This document shows, in pieces, positions 30,668-40,830 of a DNA stretch of 64,000 bases. Position 1 is the first letter of the stretch, and every line of letters begins with the position of its first letter. This stretch comes from an uncultured delta proteobacterium (GTDB taxonomy: Bacteria; Myxococcota_A; Polyangia; Polyangiales; Polyangiaceae), in contig CAVQUB010000009.1 in assembly GCA_963716725.1 (NCBI GenBank), forward strand, positions 320,001-384,000, written 5' to 3'. The notes under the pieces are model-generated. The model was not told the origin of the DNA and made no database searches. It saw nothing but the letters and a program-made list of their open reading frames with translations. Position numbers and translations under genes: made by a program.

Positions 30668-31771
30668 ATGCCGAACACACGATGGATTTTCCACGTCACT
30701 TGGGCGCTCTCGCTCGGGCTCTTGTTCGCGGGCGGCTGCGCGCGCGCCAGCCAAGAGCGCGCGGAGCGCGACCTCGAGGTGGGCAAGGCCGAGGGCCACG
30801 GCCTGGCGATCGACGTCGCTTCCGGGCTGGCGGCGGTGCGACGCCTCGCGCCCGGAGAGCTGGTGCTGTGGAGCAGCGCCCCCGCATGGTCGCTGACCCT
30901 GACCTCGAAGGACGACGTTCCGACCACCTGGCTGGTGTCCCTCGAGAACGTGCTGCCCGACGTCGAACTGACGGGCAGCGTCCCGATCGAGCTCGTCTCG
31001 AACACGCTGGCCACTCGCAAGCAGTACCGAGTGCAGCTGCCGGCTGGCGCTCGAACGACGCTCACGATGGCGCCACCGGACGCGCAGGACTCGTCGAGCT
31101 GGCGATTCGCCGTGATGAGCGACGTTCAGGAGGCCATCGACGACGTCGGTGACATCTACCAGAAGGTCAACCAGACGCCGAAGGTGCGCTTCTTGTTGGG
31201 CGCGGGGGACCTCACGCAGCAGGGCACGGACGCCGAACTCGAGCGCTTCAAGGACGAGCTGACCTCCCTCGACGTGCCCTACTACACGACGCTGGGCAAC
31301 CACGAACTCGGGGACGGCGGGCCCGCCTACCAGGACTGGTACGGCCGCGCGAGCTTCAGCTTCGTGTACCGCAGCGTGCGCTTCTCGATGCTGGACACCG
31401 CCAGCGCCACCATCGATCCGATGGTCTACGACTGGCTCGATGGCTGGCTCGATCAGGGCAAGGATGGAGTGCACGTCGTCGCCATGCACATCCCCCCCAT
31501 CGACCCGGTCGGGGTGCGCAACGGCTCCTTCGCCAGCCGCAACGAGGCCGCCAAGCTCTTGACCCGACTCGCCAAGGGCAAGGTCGACGTGACGCTCTAC
31601 GGCCACATCCACAGCTACTACTCCTTCGACAACGCGGGCATCCCCGCCTACATCTCCGGCGGGGGCGGCGCCATCCCGGAGCGCTTCGACAACGTCGGCC
31701 GACACTTTCTGGTGGTCGACGTCGACCCTAGCCGGGGCGTGTCGGCCGTCTCGAAGGTCGAAGTGGACTGA
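30668..31771 (+). CDS. Calcineurin-like metallophosphoesterase lipoprotein
   Basis: Lipobox FAGGC; SDVQ, AGDL, LGNHE, MHIPP, GHIH. Confidence 0.88.
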   Translation: MPNTRWIFHVTWALSLGLLFAGGCARASQERAERDLEVGKAEGHGLAIDVASGLAAVRRLAPGELVLWSSAPAWSLTLTSKDDVPTTWLVSLENVLPDVELTGSVPIELVSNTLATRKQYRVQLPAGARTTLTMAPPDAQDSSSWRFAVMSDVQEAIDDVGDIYQKVNQTPKVRFLLGAGDLTQQGTDAELERFKDELTSLDVPYYTTLGNHELGDGGPAYQDWYGRASFSFVYRSVRFSMLDTASATIDPMVYDWLDGWLDQGKDGVHVVAMHIPPIDPVGVRNGSFASRNEAAKLLTRLAKGKVDVTLYGHIHSYYSFDNAGIPAYISGGGGAIPERFDNVGRHFLVVDVDPSRGVSAVSKVEVD

Positions 31772-31772
31772 G

Positions 31773-32423
31773 TCAGCCCAGGATGCGCTCAGCCTCGTCG
31801 AGTTGCGCGTTCATGAGCGAGACAAGCAAGGGCCGAAGCGCGCGCACGGCGCGCGCACGGTGACTGATGCAGTTCTTCTCGGCCTCACCGAGCTCGGCCA
31901 TGGAGCGTCCGCCGGTCTCGGCCGCGAGAAAGAGCGGGTCGTAGCCGAAGCCGCCGCTGCCCCGTGGATCCCGCGCGATGGCGCCCTCGACCTTGCCCTC
32001 GGCTGTCTTCACCTCGCTGAGCCAAGGGCTCGCGAGGGCGAGCACGCAGCGAAAGCGAGCGAGCCGCTCGTGGTCGCGGTCCGCCTCTTCGAGCGCACGC
32101 AGCAGCGCCGCGTTGTTCTCGGCGTCAGTGGCGCGTTCATGGGCGAAGCGCGCCGACCGCACGCCAGGCCGCCCTCCCAGTCCGTCCACTTCGAGGCCGC
32201 TGTCGTCGGCCAGGGCGATCATCTGCGTCGCCGCGCAGATGGCCTGGGCCTTCTGGATCGCGTTGGCCTCGAAGGTGTCTCCGTCCTCGGAAAGGATCAG
32301 CTTCTCGCCGAGCACGTCGGCAGTGGTGACGAGCTGGACCGGGAGATCCGCGAGCAGCGCCCGGAGCTCTGAGGCTTTGCCCTCGTTGGAGGTGGCGAGA
32401 ACTATCGTGACCGCGGGCAGCAT
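31773..32423 (-). CDS. rdgB: RdgB/HAM1 non-canonical purine NTP pyrophosphatase
   Basis: LATSNEGK, TFEANAIQKA, ADDSGL, PGVRSARF, GFGYDPLF, SHRARA. Confidence 0.93.
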   Translation of the reverse strand: MLPAVTIVLATSNEGKASELRALLADLPVQLVTTADVLGEKLILSEDGDTFEANAIQKAQAICAATQMIALADDSGLEVDGLGGRPGVRSARFAHERATDAENNAALLRALEEADRDHERLARFRCVLALASPWLSEVKTAEGKVEGAIARDPRGSGGFGYDPLFLAAETGGRSMAELGEAEKNCISHRARAVRALRPLLVSLMNAQLDEAERILG

Positions 32424-32484
32424 CGGTACCGTCCATGGACTAGAGCAAGTGGCGACGCAATGGAACTCCGAGGTGGTGTGCGCG

Positions 32485-34039
32485 CTACTCGGGAGCCTGG
32501 TCGGAGCGGGCTTCGCCGGGCCGCGGCAGGTGAATCCAGAAGCGCGTCCCGCCCCCGGGCCGCGGCTCGCAGGCGATGGTCCCGCCATGGTCTTCGACGA
32601 CTTGTCGGGTGATGGCCAAGCCCAGACCCGTGCCGTGGCCCTTGGTCGTGAAGAAGGGCTCGAAGAGGTGTGCGCGCGTCTCGTCGTCGATGCCGCTCCC
32701 CCTATCGTCCACGGTCACGTCGACGCCGCCCCCGCTGGCGCGACCCACGCGCACATCGACTTGCCCGCCGGTGGGCATCGCCTCGCGAGCGTTGCGTAGC
32801 AAGTTGAAGAGGGCCTGTTTGAGCTGCGCTTCGTCGACGCGCACGAGTGGAAGCGCGTCCTCGACCTCGACCGAGAGCTCCACTCCGTGCCGGCGAAGAT
32901 CGCCGCTCATGAATAGACACGCATCGGCCACCACCTCGCCAATCTGCTCTTCTTCCAGGCTGAGCGGCCGCCGTCGCGCGACGGACAGGTACTGCTCGGT
33001 GAGCGCGGTCAGTCGCTCGACCTCGGCCTTGACGGCCTTGAGCAAGGTCGCGGCCTCTTCGGTATCCTCGCGCCCCTCGAGGTCCTCTTCGAGCATCTCG
33101 ACGTTCAGCGCGATGCTCGAGAGCGGATTGCGGACTTCGTGCGTCACGTGCGCGGCCATCTTGCCGATGGTCGCGAGTCGCTCCGACATCAGGAGTTGCT
33201 CGTTGGCCCGAGCGATGGCCGCCACCATGCCCTCGAAGGTCGTGGCGAGCTCGCCGATTTCGTCTGGCGAGGCGACCACCGGCTGCGGCCTCGAGATCGC
33301 CGTGCGCCACCGCCTTGGCGCGGTCCGTCACCGCCGCCAGCGGCTTGAGCACCCTCCGGGCGTAGAAGGCCATCGCGGCCCCGACCAACACGGTGAAACC
33401 CGAGAGCGCCAACAAGAGCCGGATCGCGAGCCGCTCCCGGGCGCGCGCCGCCCCGAGCAGGAGACCCACGTTGTGATCGACTCGCTGCTCGAGCTGGCTC
33501 ATGCGCTTCTTGCCCTGCGCACCCCGCGTCACGAGCTCGTCGCGCAGGCCGTCGGCGCGGGTGGACTCACCGCGATCGAGCGCGTCGAAGAGCTTGGCCA
33601 AGAGCTCGCGATCTTGTGCCAAGAATTCCTCGATGGAGCTGGTCTCGGCCAGCAGATCGTCGCCGACTCGGCGGGTCGATTCGTCGCCCGAGCTGGAGAA
33701 GGCCCGGGAGATCGCCGCGCGGACCTCGCCGAAGGTCTTGGGTCGCCCCAGCCGCAGCGAGGTCTCGAACCAGATCTTTTTGTCGGCGGGGTTCAGCGCC
33801 GTCGTGATGTGGTTGAGCTGCGTGCTCCAGGTGTCCTGGTTGGCGACCAGGTCCCGCAAGGCCAGCGACAAGGGCAGGTACCCCGATCGCATCAGGTCTG
33901 CTTCCTTTGCCGCACTGCGCTGCGCGAAGACTCCCCAGCCCGCGGACAGCGCGAAGGCGGCAGTGACCAAGGCGAACGAGAGCAGCACGCGGGTGGCGAC
34001 CGTCCGGCGACGGGTGCGCGGCGCTACGTCAGCCATCAC
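32485..34039 (-). CDS. Membrane HAMP-domain sensor histidine kinase (one +1 indel near 33292)
   Basis: Two TM helices and HAMP in 32702..34039; HEVRNPL, NLLRNA, DRGSGI, FFTTK, GTGLGL in 32485..33279; removing one G gives GDLRPQPVVASPDEIGEL. Confidence 0.88.
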
Positions 34040-35162
34040 TCGGCTGCGCCGTGCTTGGTGACGACCCCGGGAAGTGCCCGGAGGGGCACACCTGGTGGAG
34101 CGAAGCCTCGTCCAGAATGCTGAAGAGGTCCGCGACCTCGACGCCGCGTCCCTGGAATCGTTTCAAGCTCTTGGCGCAACCGGTCACGACCAGGCCGCCG
34201 CCGAGTTCGCGGTGCTCGTCGAGGCGTCGCTCGGCGATCAGCGCAGAGGTTTCGGGCATGGTCTCGGGCAAGAGGCCGCCGCCACCGGAGCACAACGCCT
34301 CGCCGCGCGCTCGCGCGAATTCGTCGGGTGCCCGCCCCAGCGCCCGCGACAAGAGTTGGCGCGGGGCCTCGTAGATCCCAAGGCCGCGGCCGAGCTTGCA
34401 CGGGTCCTGCCAACGAACTTGCGCGTAGGCTGCGAGCCGTGGCACCCGGCGGAACAGACCCAACCTGGCGCTCGCCAGCTCCACCAAGGTCTTGGCACCG
34501 CGCTCGGCCAAGACCAGCGCGCACCCCGGATCCAGGACGACGAAGCGCCGCGACTGGCGGACGTTGGCGGTCAGCCGCGAGAGATTTTCGGCAAATCCCC
34601 CGCGGTCGCCCGCGAGCAGGAGCGGCAGGCCGCAACAGCCGTCGACCAGGCGGACGCTGCCGAACAGGCGCGCGGCCACCGCCACGGCAGAGCGCGCCAC
34701 CGCGGCGTGCGCCGTCGCGTAGTCGCAGCCCAGTAGCAGGGCCGTATCCGCGCTCGAGCTGACTCCGGGCTCGCGCGCGAGAAGCTCGAGCGCGTGCGAC
34801 GTCTCGCGCCGGCGGGCGTCGAAGTTGGCGACCACCGCCTCGGCGGCCGCCGGTGCGAGGCCCAGGGCGCGGAACTCGGCGCGAGCAGCCCCCAGTGTGT
34901 GCGCTACTTCGTTGCGATGGTCGCAGTGCTCCCGACACGAAAAGCAACCGGTGCAGGCCCACGCTGTGGCAGCGAGGTCCCGATCCAGCTCGACATCGCC
35001 GCGAGCCGCGAACCACGCCAGGCTCATCTTCCCCCACGGCGTCAGCGAGTCCCGCGGCTCGGCCTCGGAGACCGGACACGCCGCACGGCAGAGCTTCGGG
35101 CAGTAGCCGCAGGTCTCGAGCTCCGCGCTCTTTTCATCCAGCAAGGTCAGCGCGTGTTTCAT
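34029..35162 (-). CDS. Fe-S binding protein with CCG domains (GlpC/HdrD-like)
   Basis: CGYCPKLCRAACP, CTGCFSCREHC, CCG, QDPCKLGR, CSGGGG. Confidence 0.8.
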   Translation of the reverse strand: MKHALTLLDEKSAELETCGYCPKLCRAACPVSEAEPRDSLTPWGKMSLAWFAARGDVELDRDLAATAWACTGCFSCREHCDHRNEVAHTLGAARAEFRALGLAPAAAEAVVANFDARRRETSHALELLAREPGVSSSADTALLLGCDYATAHAAVARSAVAVAARLFGSVRLVDGCCGLPLLLAGDRGGFAENLSRLTANVRQSRRFVVLDPGCALVLAERGAKTLVELASARLGLFRRVPRLAAYAQVRWQDPCKLGRGLGIYEAPRQLLSRALGRAPDEFARARGEALCSGGGGLLPETMPETSALIAERRLDEHRELGGGLVVTGCAKSLKRFQGRGVEVADLFSILDEASLHQVCPSGHFPGSSPSTAQPSDG

Positions 35163-37105
35163 CCGTTGGTCTTCTGCTGCCGAGCGGCGCGAGGCGTCGG
35201 CGACCCGCGCCCTCGGTTGGCGGGAGGAGCCGAGTCCTTGCCGTCGTGCTGCGGGAGCCGCAGCTCGAACTCGGTCCCCTTGCTCGAACTCGTGACCGCG
35301 ACGGAGCCTCCGTGCTCGTCGGCGATCTTCTTGACGATGGCGAGGCCGAGACCGGTACCGCCCGCCTTGTTCGCGGTGACGAAGGACTGAAACAGACGGC
35401 CCTCGACCTCAGCAGGGATGCCCGGGCCTGTATCCCGAACGGCGATGACCAGATCGCGACCGTGCATCCCGGCCTTGATCGTGAGCTGCCCACCGTGCTC
35501 GGCCATGGCTTCGATGGCGTTGCGCGCGAGGTTGTGAATGGCACGGGCCACACGGTTTTCGTCGAATCGAGCCACGACCTTGGTGTCCACGTCGAGTTCG
35601 AGCTCGACGGCGCGTCCATCCACTTCGTGACCCAGTTGGCGGGTGATGTCGGCGAAGAACTTCTTCAAGAAGACGCGCCGGATGAAGATCGTGCGCTCGC
35701 CGCGGGCGAACTCCAACACTTCGCGCTGCATCGCGGTCAGGATGTCGAACTGCTTCAAGATCTCGTCCGCGTACTCCGCTCGCTGCGCGGGCTCTTCCGA
35801 CTCGGCCATGAGCTGCGAGTAGCCGCTGATCACCGTCATCGGCGTCTTGAAGTCGTGAATGACTTGGGAGAGCAGCTTGCCGATGGTGGTCAATCGCTCC
35901 CCCACCTCTCGTGCACGGTTGGCGCGGAACAGCCGGAGAGCCGTCGATAGGTTGGCGCCCACCAGACGCAAGAGGGCGAGATCCTCGTCCGTAAACGCCT
36001 GTGCCCCGACCTCGCTGAGCAGCGCCACCGCGCCCAGGGCAGCCCCATCGCCCTCGAGCTGCGCGGCCAGCACCGGCTCCACTTCGAAGGAAAACCCGCT
36101 GAGTTCCGGGTCTTTCCATCGCGCACGGTCGCTCTGGGGAAGCTCGCGGATCGCGTCGGTCTGGCGCATCGCTCGACCGAGCAGGTCGTCGCCCGCCTTC
36201 ACGCCACGGCGCGACAACTGCGGCTCCGCCTCGGGGTCGAAGCAGTACTCGACGAGATCTCCGCTCTCCTCCTCGGCGAGCAGCACGGCGCTGCCACGCG
36301 CTCCACACGCCGTGGTGAGGCGACTCATCGCCGTGGTCAGCAGCTCTTCGATAGACCGTGCGGTGACCGTGGCCTGCTCGAGATCGAAGAGCAGCTCGAG
36401 GTCGCGCAACTTGCGCTCGAGCTGGTCCTTGATGTCCAAGAGTTGCTTGTTCTTCTGGATCAAGGACAAGAATAGCCGCGAGTTGTCGATGGCGACGGCG
36501 GCCTGAGTCGAAAGCGCGTTGAGAAGCGCTTCGTCCTCACTCGTGAACTCGGCGCCGTGCTGCTTGTTGAGCACCTGAATCACGCCGATGGTGCGGCCCA
36601 AGTGGTTCTTCAGCGGCGTGGCCAGCATGGTCGTGGTGCGGTAACCGGTGAGCTGATCCCACTGGCGCTCGAACCTGGGATCCGCGTAGGCGTCCGTGAT
36701 CCGGAACGGCTTTCCGGTCTGCGCCACCGAGCCGGCGATGCCGTGCCCGACTTTCAGGCGGATAGAGCGCACGTTCTGGCCGACCACGATGCGGCTGACC
36801 AGCTCGTTCTTGGCTTCGTCCAGCAGGTAGAGCGTGGATCTATCGGCTTCGACCAGCTCCGTCACCCGATCGAGGATCAACTCGAGCAGCTCGTCGAGCT
36901 CCAGCGTCGTGCCGATGGCCACCCCGACTTCGCGCAGGGCGGCGCTGACGCGCTGCTCCCGGGACAGCGCGGCCGAGAGCTCCTCCGGGCTCCGATTCCC
37001 GGGATTGGGGTCCGCCGCTAGCGCCACCGCGACGATCACATCACGGACAGGGACGCGAAATCCAGCATGGCTGACCGTACGTTCAGACACCGGCGTCGCG
37101 GCCAC
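35159..37105 (-). CDS. Cytoplasmic double-GAF sensor histidine kinase
   Basis: GAF (GIAGSVAQTG...DPRF...QVLNK), second GAF, HDFKTPM, NLARNA, DTGPGI, GTGLGL. Confidence 0.9.
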   Translation of the reverse strand: MAATPVSERTVSHAGFRVPVRDVIVAVALAADPNPGNRSPEELSAALSREQRVSAALREVGVAIGTTLELDELLELILDRVTELVEADRSTLYLLDEAKNELVSRIVVGQNVRSIRLKVGHGIAGSVAQTGKPFRITDAYADPRFERQWDQLTGYRTTTMLATPLKNHLGRTIGVIQVLNKQHGAEFTSEDEALLNALSTQAAVAIDNSRLFLSLIQKNKQLLDIKDQLERKLRDLELLFDLEQATVTARSIEELLTTAMSRLTTACGARGSAVLLAEEESGDLVEYCFDPEAEPQLSRRGVKAGDDLLGRAMRQTDAIRELPQSDRARWKDPELSGFSFEVEPVLAAQLEGDGAALGAVALLSEVGAQAFTDEDLALLRLVGANLSTALRLFRANRAREVGERLTTIGKLLSQVIHDFKTPMTVISGYSQLMAESEEPAQRAEYADEILKQFDILTAMQREVLEFARGERTIFIRRVFLKKFFADITRQLGHEVDGRAVELELDVDTKVVARFDENRVARAIHNLARNAIEAMAEHGGQLTIKAGMHGRDLVIAVRDTGPGIPAEVEGRLFQSFVTANKAGGTGLGLAIVKKIADEHGGSVAVTSSSKGTEFELRLPQHDGKDSAPPANRGRGSPTPRAARQQKTNG

Positions 37106-37143
37106 TATTCCATCGGGTCGAAAGATGCTCTAAGTGAGGCGCG

Positions 37144-37422
37144 ATGGCGCTCAAGCAACTGAATCTCGTCGTGCGGGGGCGAGTCCAGGGCGTCTTCTTT
37201 CGCGCCTCGGCTCAGCGCGAGGCGCGGCGACTCGGGGTCACGGGCTGGGTCAAGAACCGCAACGACGGCTCGGTGGAGATCCTCGCCGAGGGTGAAGAGA
37301 CGAGCATTCGCGAGCTCTACGGTTGGGCGCAAAAAGGCCCGAGCGCAGCCCGCGTCGACCGAGTGGACACCCGATGGCGCAGCTTCAGCGGCGACTTCCC
37401 GGACTTCCGCATCTTGGATTGA
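37144..37422 (+). CDS. acyP: Acylphosphatase
   Basis: VRGRVQGVFFR, GWVKNRNDGSVE, GPSAARV. Confidence 0.95.
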   Translation: MALKQLNLVVRGRVQGVFFRASAQREARRLGVTGWVKNRNDGSVEILAEGEETSIRELYGWAQKGPSAARVDRVDTRWRSFSGDFPDFRILD

Positions 37423-39152
37423 TCTGCGCCCTCGGCGCGCCGGCGTACGCCGCGCCGGCGAGCGCGTCAGCTCCAACGGTGCTCGCGTCGGCGCAGCCGA
37501 GGCACGACCGTGCTCTCGCCGCGCTGCCGGAGGTCCCGAAGATCGTCCTGCCGCCTCCGGCGGCGTCCGACCTCGAAGATCTCGACGGCGTGCTCTCTCG
37601 CCTGCACTCCGAAGACGCGACAGTGCGCGAGACCGCTGCCACCGAAGTGCTCGAGGCCAAGCCGAGCTGGGTATCCGCCATCGACCGGCGCATGAACGAC
37701 GTCGCCGACCGGACCAACCGCGACGAGATGCGCCGCGTCCTCGAGAGCGCACGGACCAAGGCTCGCCAGGAGGAACGAGAGAAGCTCGAGGGGAGTGGAA
37801 AGCGGGGAAGGATCGAGACGCCCGACTACCTGACGATCTTGGTCCAACACGCGCTCCCGAAGTCGAAGCCGTGGGCGGATGCGGTCGCCGTGGTCGCCAT
37901 GAGCCGAATGCTCGCGACTATCGGCACGGTCGAGGCAGCCCGGGAGCTCATCGACGTGCACACGCGCTTCGGCGAGTTTCTCCGCGTGGACGTCCAGCTC
38001 CAGCTGAGCAAGATGGGCGACAAGGCAGTGGCAGCGCTGATCGAGACACGCAAGCACAAGGCCGACAAGATCGCGAAGTGGTCCGTGCGTCACCTCGACA
38101 GCATGGGCAAGGCGATCCCGAGCGAAGCCGTCCAAACCGAAGACCACCAGGTGCTCGCCGACGTGCTCCGAGCCTACGGTCGGGTCCGCGATCCCGACTC
38201 GGCGCGCATCGTGATCTCGTTCGCGAATACCGAGCGAGCGCAGGTACGCGAGGCTGCGAGGCAAGCGGTGGCGATGCTGGCAGACGTCGCAAACTGGCAG
38301 CTGCGCGACAGCTACCAGGACCTCCTGGGCAAGAAGCCCCCACGCGACTGGACTTGGGACCGCACGGCGCGAGAGCTCTTCGGCGAACTCGACCGACAGC
38401 GACTCGCGCAGGTGTATACGCTCTTCGATCGCGGCACGCTCGCGCGCAAAGAGGGCAAGCTCGACGCCATGCGCGAGGCCTACGATCAGGTACTGGCCCG
38501 AAACCCGAATTTCGAGCACAAGGACGAGATGGCGGAGGGGTACTTCGCGCTGGCGAAGGCCAAGCTCGACGATGACCGGCCGCTGGCGCTGTCGGCCTTG
38601 CGCCGGGCCGAACGCCTCACTCGGGACGCGGACGACAAGAAGCGCATCGAGAGTCTCTCGCTGACCCTCGAGGCCGAGGAGCTGGCCGAAAAGGGCGTCG
38701 CGGACCAAGTCTTGTTCAACCGCGCGATCGAGCTCGATCCGGACAACGGGCGCGCCAAAGACGCCCTGGGGCGCCTGGCGCGGGGCGAGACCCGCGCGAA
38801 GAGCCCGCTCGCACGCTGGGCCGGCTCCATTGCCATCGGGCTCGGGGCGCTGATCGCCATCGTGCTGATCGCGCTCCGTCGCGGGAAACCCGAGCCCGCG
38901 CCTGCTCCAGAGCCAGAAAAGGCCGAGGGACTCGCGCCCGAGCCGGAAGACGTCGCGCCCGAGCCGGAAGACGTCGCGCCCGAGCCGGAGGACGTCGCGC
39001 CCGAGCCGGAAGACATCGCGCCCGGAGGGCCCGAACTTGCTACTCTCGAACCCGCTGCGCCTGAGCCAGCGGCGTCCCCCTCGGAAGGCGCCGCCCCCGC
39101 ATCGGGCCCCGATCCCGAAAGGGAAAACCCGCCAAGCGACGACGAGAAGTGA
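37419..39152 (+). CDS. HEAT/TPR-repeat membrane-anchored protein (start approximate)
   Basis: TTG start overlapping the acyP stop; helical repeats; TM GLGALIAIVLIAL; acidic tail. Confidence 0.6.
   Translation: MICALGAPAYAAPASASAPTVLASAQPRHDRALAALPEVPKIVLPPPAASDLEDLDGVLSRLHSEDATVRETAATEVLEAKPSWVSAIDRRMNDVADRTNRDEMRRVLESARTKARQEEREKLEGSGKRGRIETPDYLTILVQHALPKSKPWADAVAVVAMSRMLATIGTVEAARELIDVHTRFGEFLRVDVQLQLSKMGDKAVAALIETRKHKADKIAKWSVRHLDSMGKAIPSEAVQTEDHQVLADVLRAYGRVRDPDSARIVISFANTERAQVREAARQAVAMLADVANWQLRDSYQDLLGKKPPRDWTWDRTARELFGELDRQRLAQVYTLFDRGTLARKEGKLDAMREAYDQVLARNPNFEHKDEMAEGYFALAKAKLDDDRPLALSALRRAERLTRDADDKKRIESLSLTLEAEELAEKGVADQVLFNRAIELDPDNGRAKDALGRLARGETRAKSPLARWAGSIAIGLGALIAIVLIALRRGKPEPAPAPEPEKAEGLAPEPEDVAPEPEDVAPEPEDVAPEPEDIAPGGPELATLEPAAPEPAASPSEGAAPASGPDPERENPPSDDEK
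38932..39024. repeat. 21-bp tandem repeat (about 4.4 copies) encoding APEPEDV
   Basis: TCGCGCCCGAGCCGGAAGACG unit read directly. Confidence 0.95.
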
Positions 39153-39189
39153 GCGAAAGCTCGCCGCCCCTCGGACCCCGACAGAATCG

Positions 39190-40830
39190 ATGCATCGCGT
39201 TCTTGCACTCTCGTTGGTGGCGCTGGCCACCTGCCGGCCCGCCCTCGCGGCAGCGGCCCCTCGTGACGCGAAGACGATCGCCAAAATCGACGAGGCCATC
39301 AATAAGCACTACATCGCCACCAAGTTCGACCAGGCCGAGGCGCAACTGCTCGGCGTCATCGCCGCCTGCAAGGGCCAATGCAGCGCGTCCGTGCTGGCCA
39401 AGGCTTGGATGTACGTGGGCGTCGTGCGCGGGGGCGGCAAGAACAACCAGAAGGGCGCCCGCGAGGCGTTCACCAATGCAGTCGCATCGGACCCCAAGGT
39501 CAAACTGGACGACGTCATCGCCACACCGCAGACCAAGAAGACCTTCGCGGCGGCTCGCCGCGCCATGCGGGGCGCCACACCGACGGGCGGGGTCGAACCC
39601 ACCACGACCGCTGACCCCCCGACGGAGAGCGGCACCGATGCGATGGACTGCTCTCCAAGACTGGAAGAAGTCCAAACTCGACGCCCGATCCCGGTTTGGT
39701 GCAAGGCCGACCAACGCCTGAAGCTCGAGCTCCGCTACAAATCCGGTGGCGGCGATTGGAAGCGCGCCTCGATGAAGCTCCGTGAGGGCGTCTACCGCGC
39801 GACGATCCCCTGCGATGCGGTCCAGAAGAAAGGCACTCTGCGCTTCTACGTCCGCGCCAAGGATGAAAACGGCGATCCAGCGCCCGGTTTCGCCAAGAAG
39901 GGCACGCCGGTGAAGATCCGCATCGTGGGCGCCACCGACGAAGAGCCGCCGACCTTCCCGGACAAGGACCCCCCGAAACGGTGTTCGCGCTCCGACGCGG
40001 ACGAGGCGGCCTCGTGTGAGTCTACGGACGACTGCGAGACCGGCCAATCCTGTGAAGACGGGGAGTGCCTCGCCAAGCAGCAGAAGAAGAAGAAGCGTGG
40101 CGTGGCCCAAAGGTCTTGGTTCGGTCTGCACTACGCCCATGACTTCGCGCTCACCGGTGGCAGCGAGGTCTGCTCGAGCGAGAGCCAGCAAAACAGCGGC
40201 TTCGCTTGCTTCTACAAAGACTCCTCCTCTCAGTACGACTTCAGGCCCCACCCCAGCTACTCCAACGACATCAAGGGTGGCCTCGCGCCGGCGACCTTCC
40301 GTGCGCTGATCTCCTTCGATCAGCTGGTGGGGGAGAACTTCAGCGCCGGAGTGAGGCTGGGCTACGCCTTCGGCGGCGGGCCGCCTTCGGGCAAGACGCA
40401 GGAAGTGAAGTTCATGCCCTTCCACCTGGAGGCGCGGGCGTCGTACTGGTTCGGAGACGCGCCCTTCGCGACCTGGGACGTCCGTCCCTACGTCGGCCTG
40501 GGAGGCGGGCTCGCGCAGGTGGACGCCAAGCTCCCGGTGACCGTGGGCGACTGCGGCGGCACGCCGGGCGGCTCGCCGAGCACGCCCAAGGACAAGTTCC
40601 CGCGAGACACGGCGTACTACCTGGATTGCCGAGAGGGCAAGACCGCGCCAATCCCCCTGGAGCTCGACGTCTACAAGAAGCTCGGCAAGGGCTTCGTCGG
40701 ACTGCACGGCGGCGTCCTGTTCGCGGTGACGAAGGAGAGCGGCCTGAAGCTCGAGCTCAGCGTGATGCAGATGCTGCCCACCTCCGGCCAGGTGCTCGAG
40801 CCCTCCCTCGGCTACGTCTTCGGCCTCTGA
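39190..40830 (+). CDS. Secreted multidomain protein: helical N-domain, beta-sandwich, Cys cluster, C-terminal OM barrel
   Basis: Signal peptide; CESTDDCETGQSCEDGEC; C-terminal strands ending LGYVFGL. Confidence 0.6.
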   Translation: MHRVLALSLVALATCRPALAAAAPRDAKTIAKIDEAINKHYIATKFDQAEAQLLGVIAACKGQCSASVLAKAWMYVGVVRGGGKNNQKGAREAFTNAVASDPKVKLDDVIATPQTKKTFAAARRAMRGATPTGGVEPTTTADPPTESGTDAMDCSPRLEEVQTRRPIPVWCKADQRLKLELRYKSGGGDWKRASMKLREGVYRATIPCDAVQKKGTLRFYVRAKDENGDPAPGFAKKGTPVKIRIVGATDEEPPTFPDKDPPKRCSRSDADEAASCESTDDCETGQSCEDGECLAKQQKKKKRGVAQRSWFGLHYAHDFALTGGSEVCSSESQQNSGFACFYKDSSSQYDFRPHPSYSNDIKGGLAPATFRALISFDQLVGENFSAGVRLGYAFGGGPPSGKTQEVKFMPFHLEARASYWFGDAPFATWDVRPYVGLGGGLAQVDAKLPVTVGDCGGTPGGSPSTPKDKFPRDTAYYLDCREGKTAPIPLELDVYKKLGKGFVGLHGGVLFAVTKESGLKLELSVMQMLPTSGQVLEPSLGYVFGL

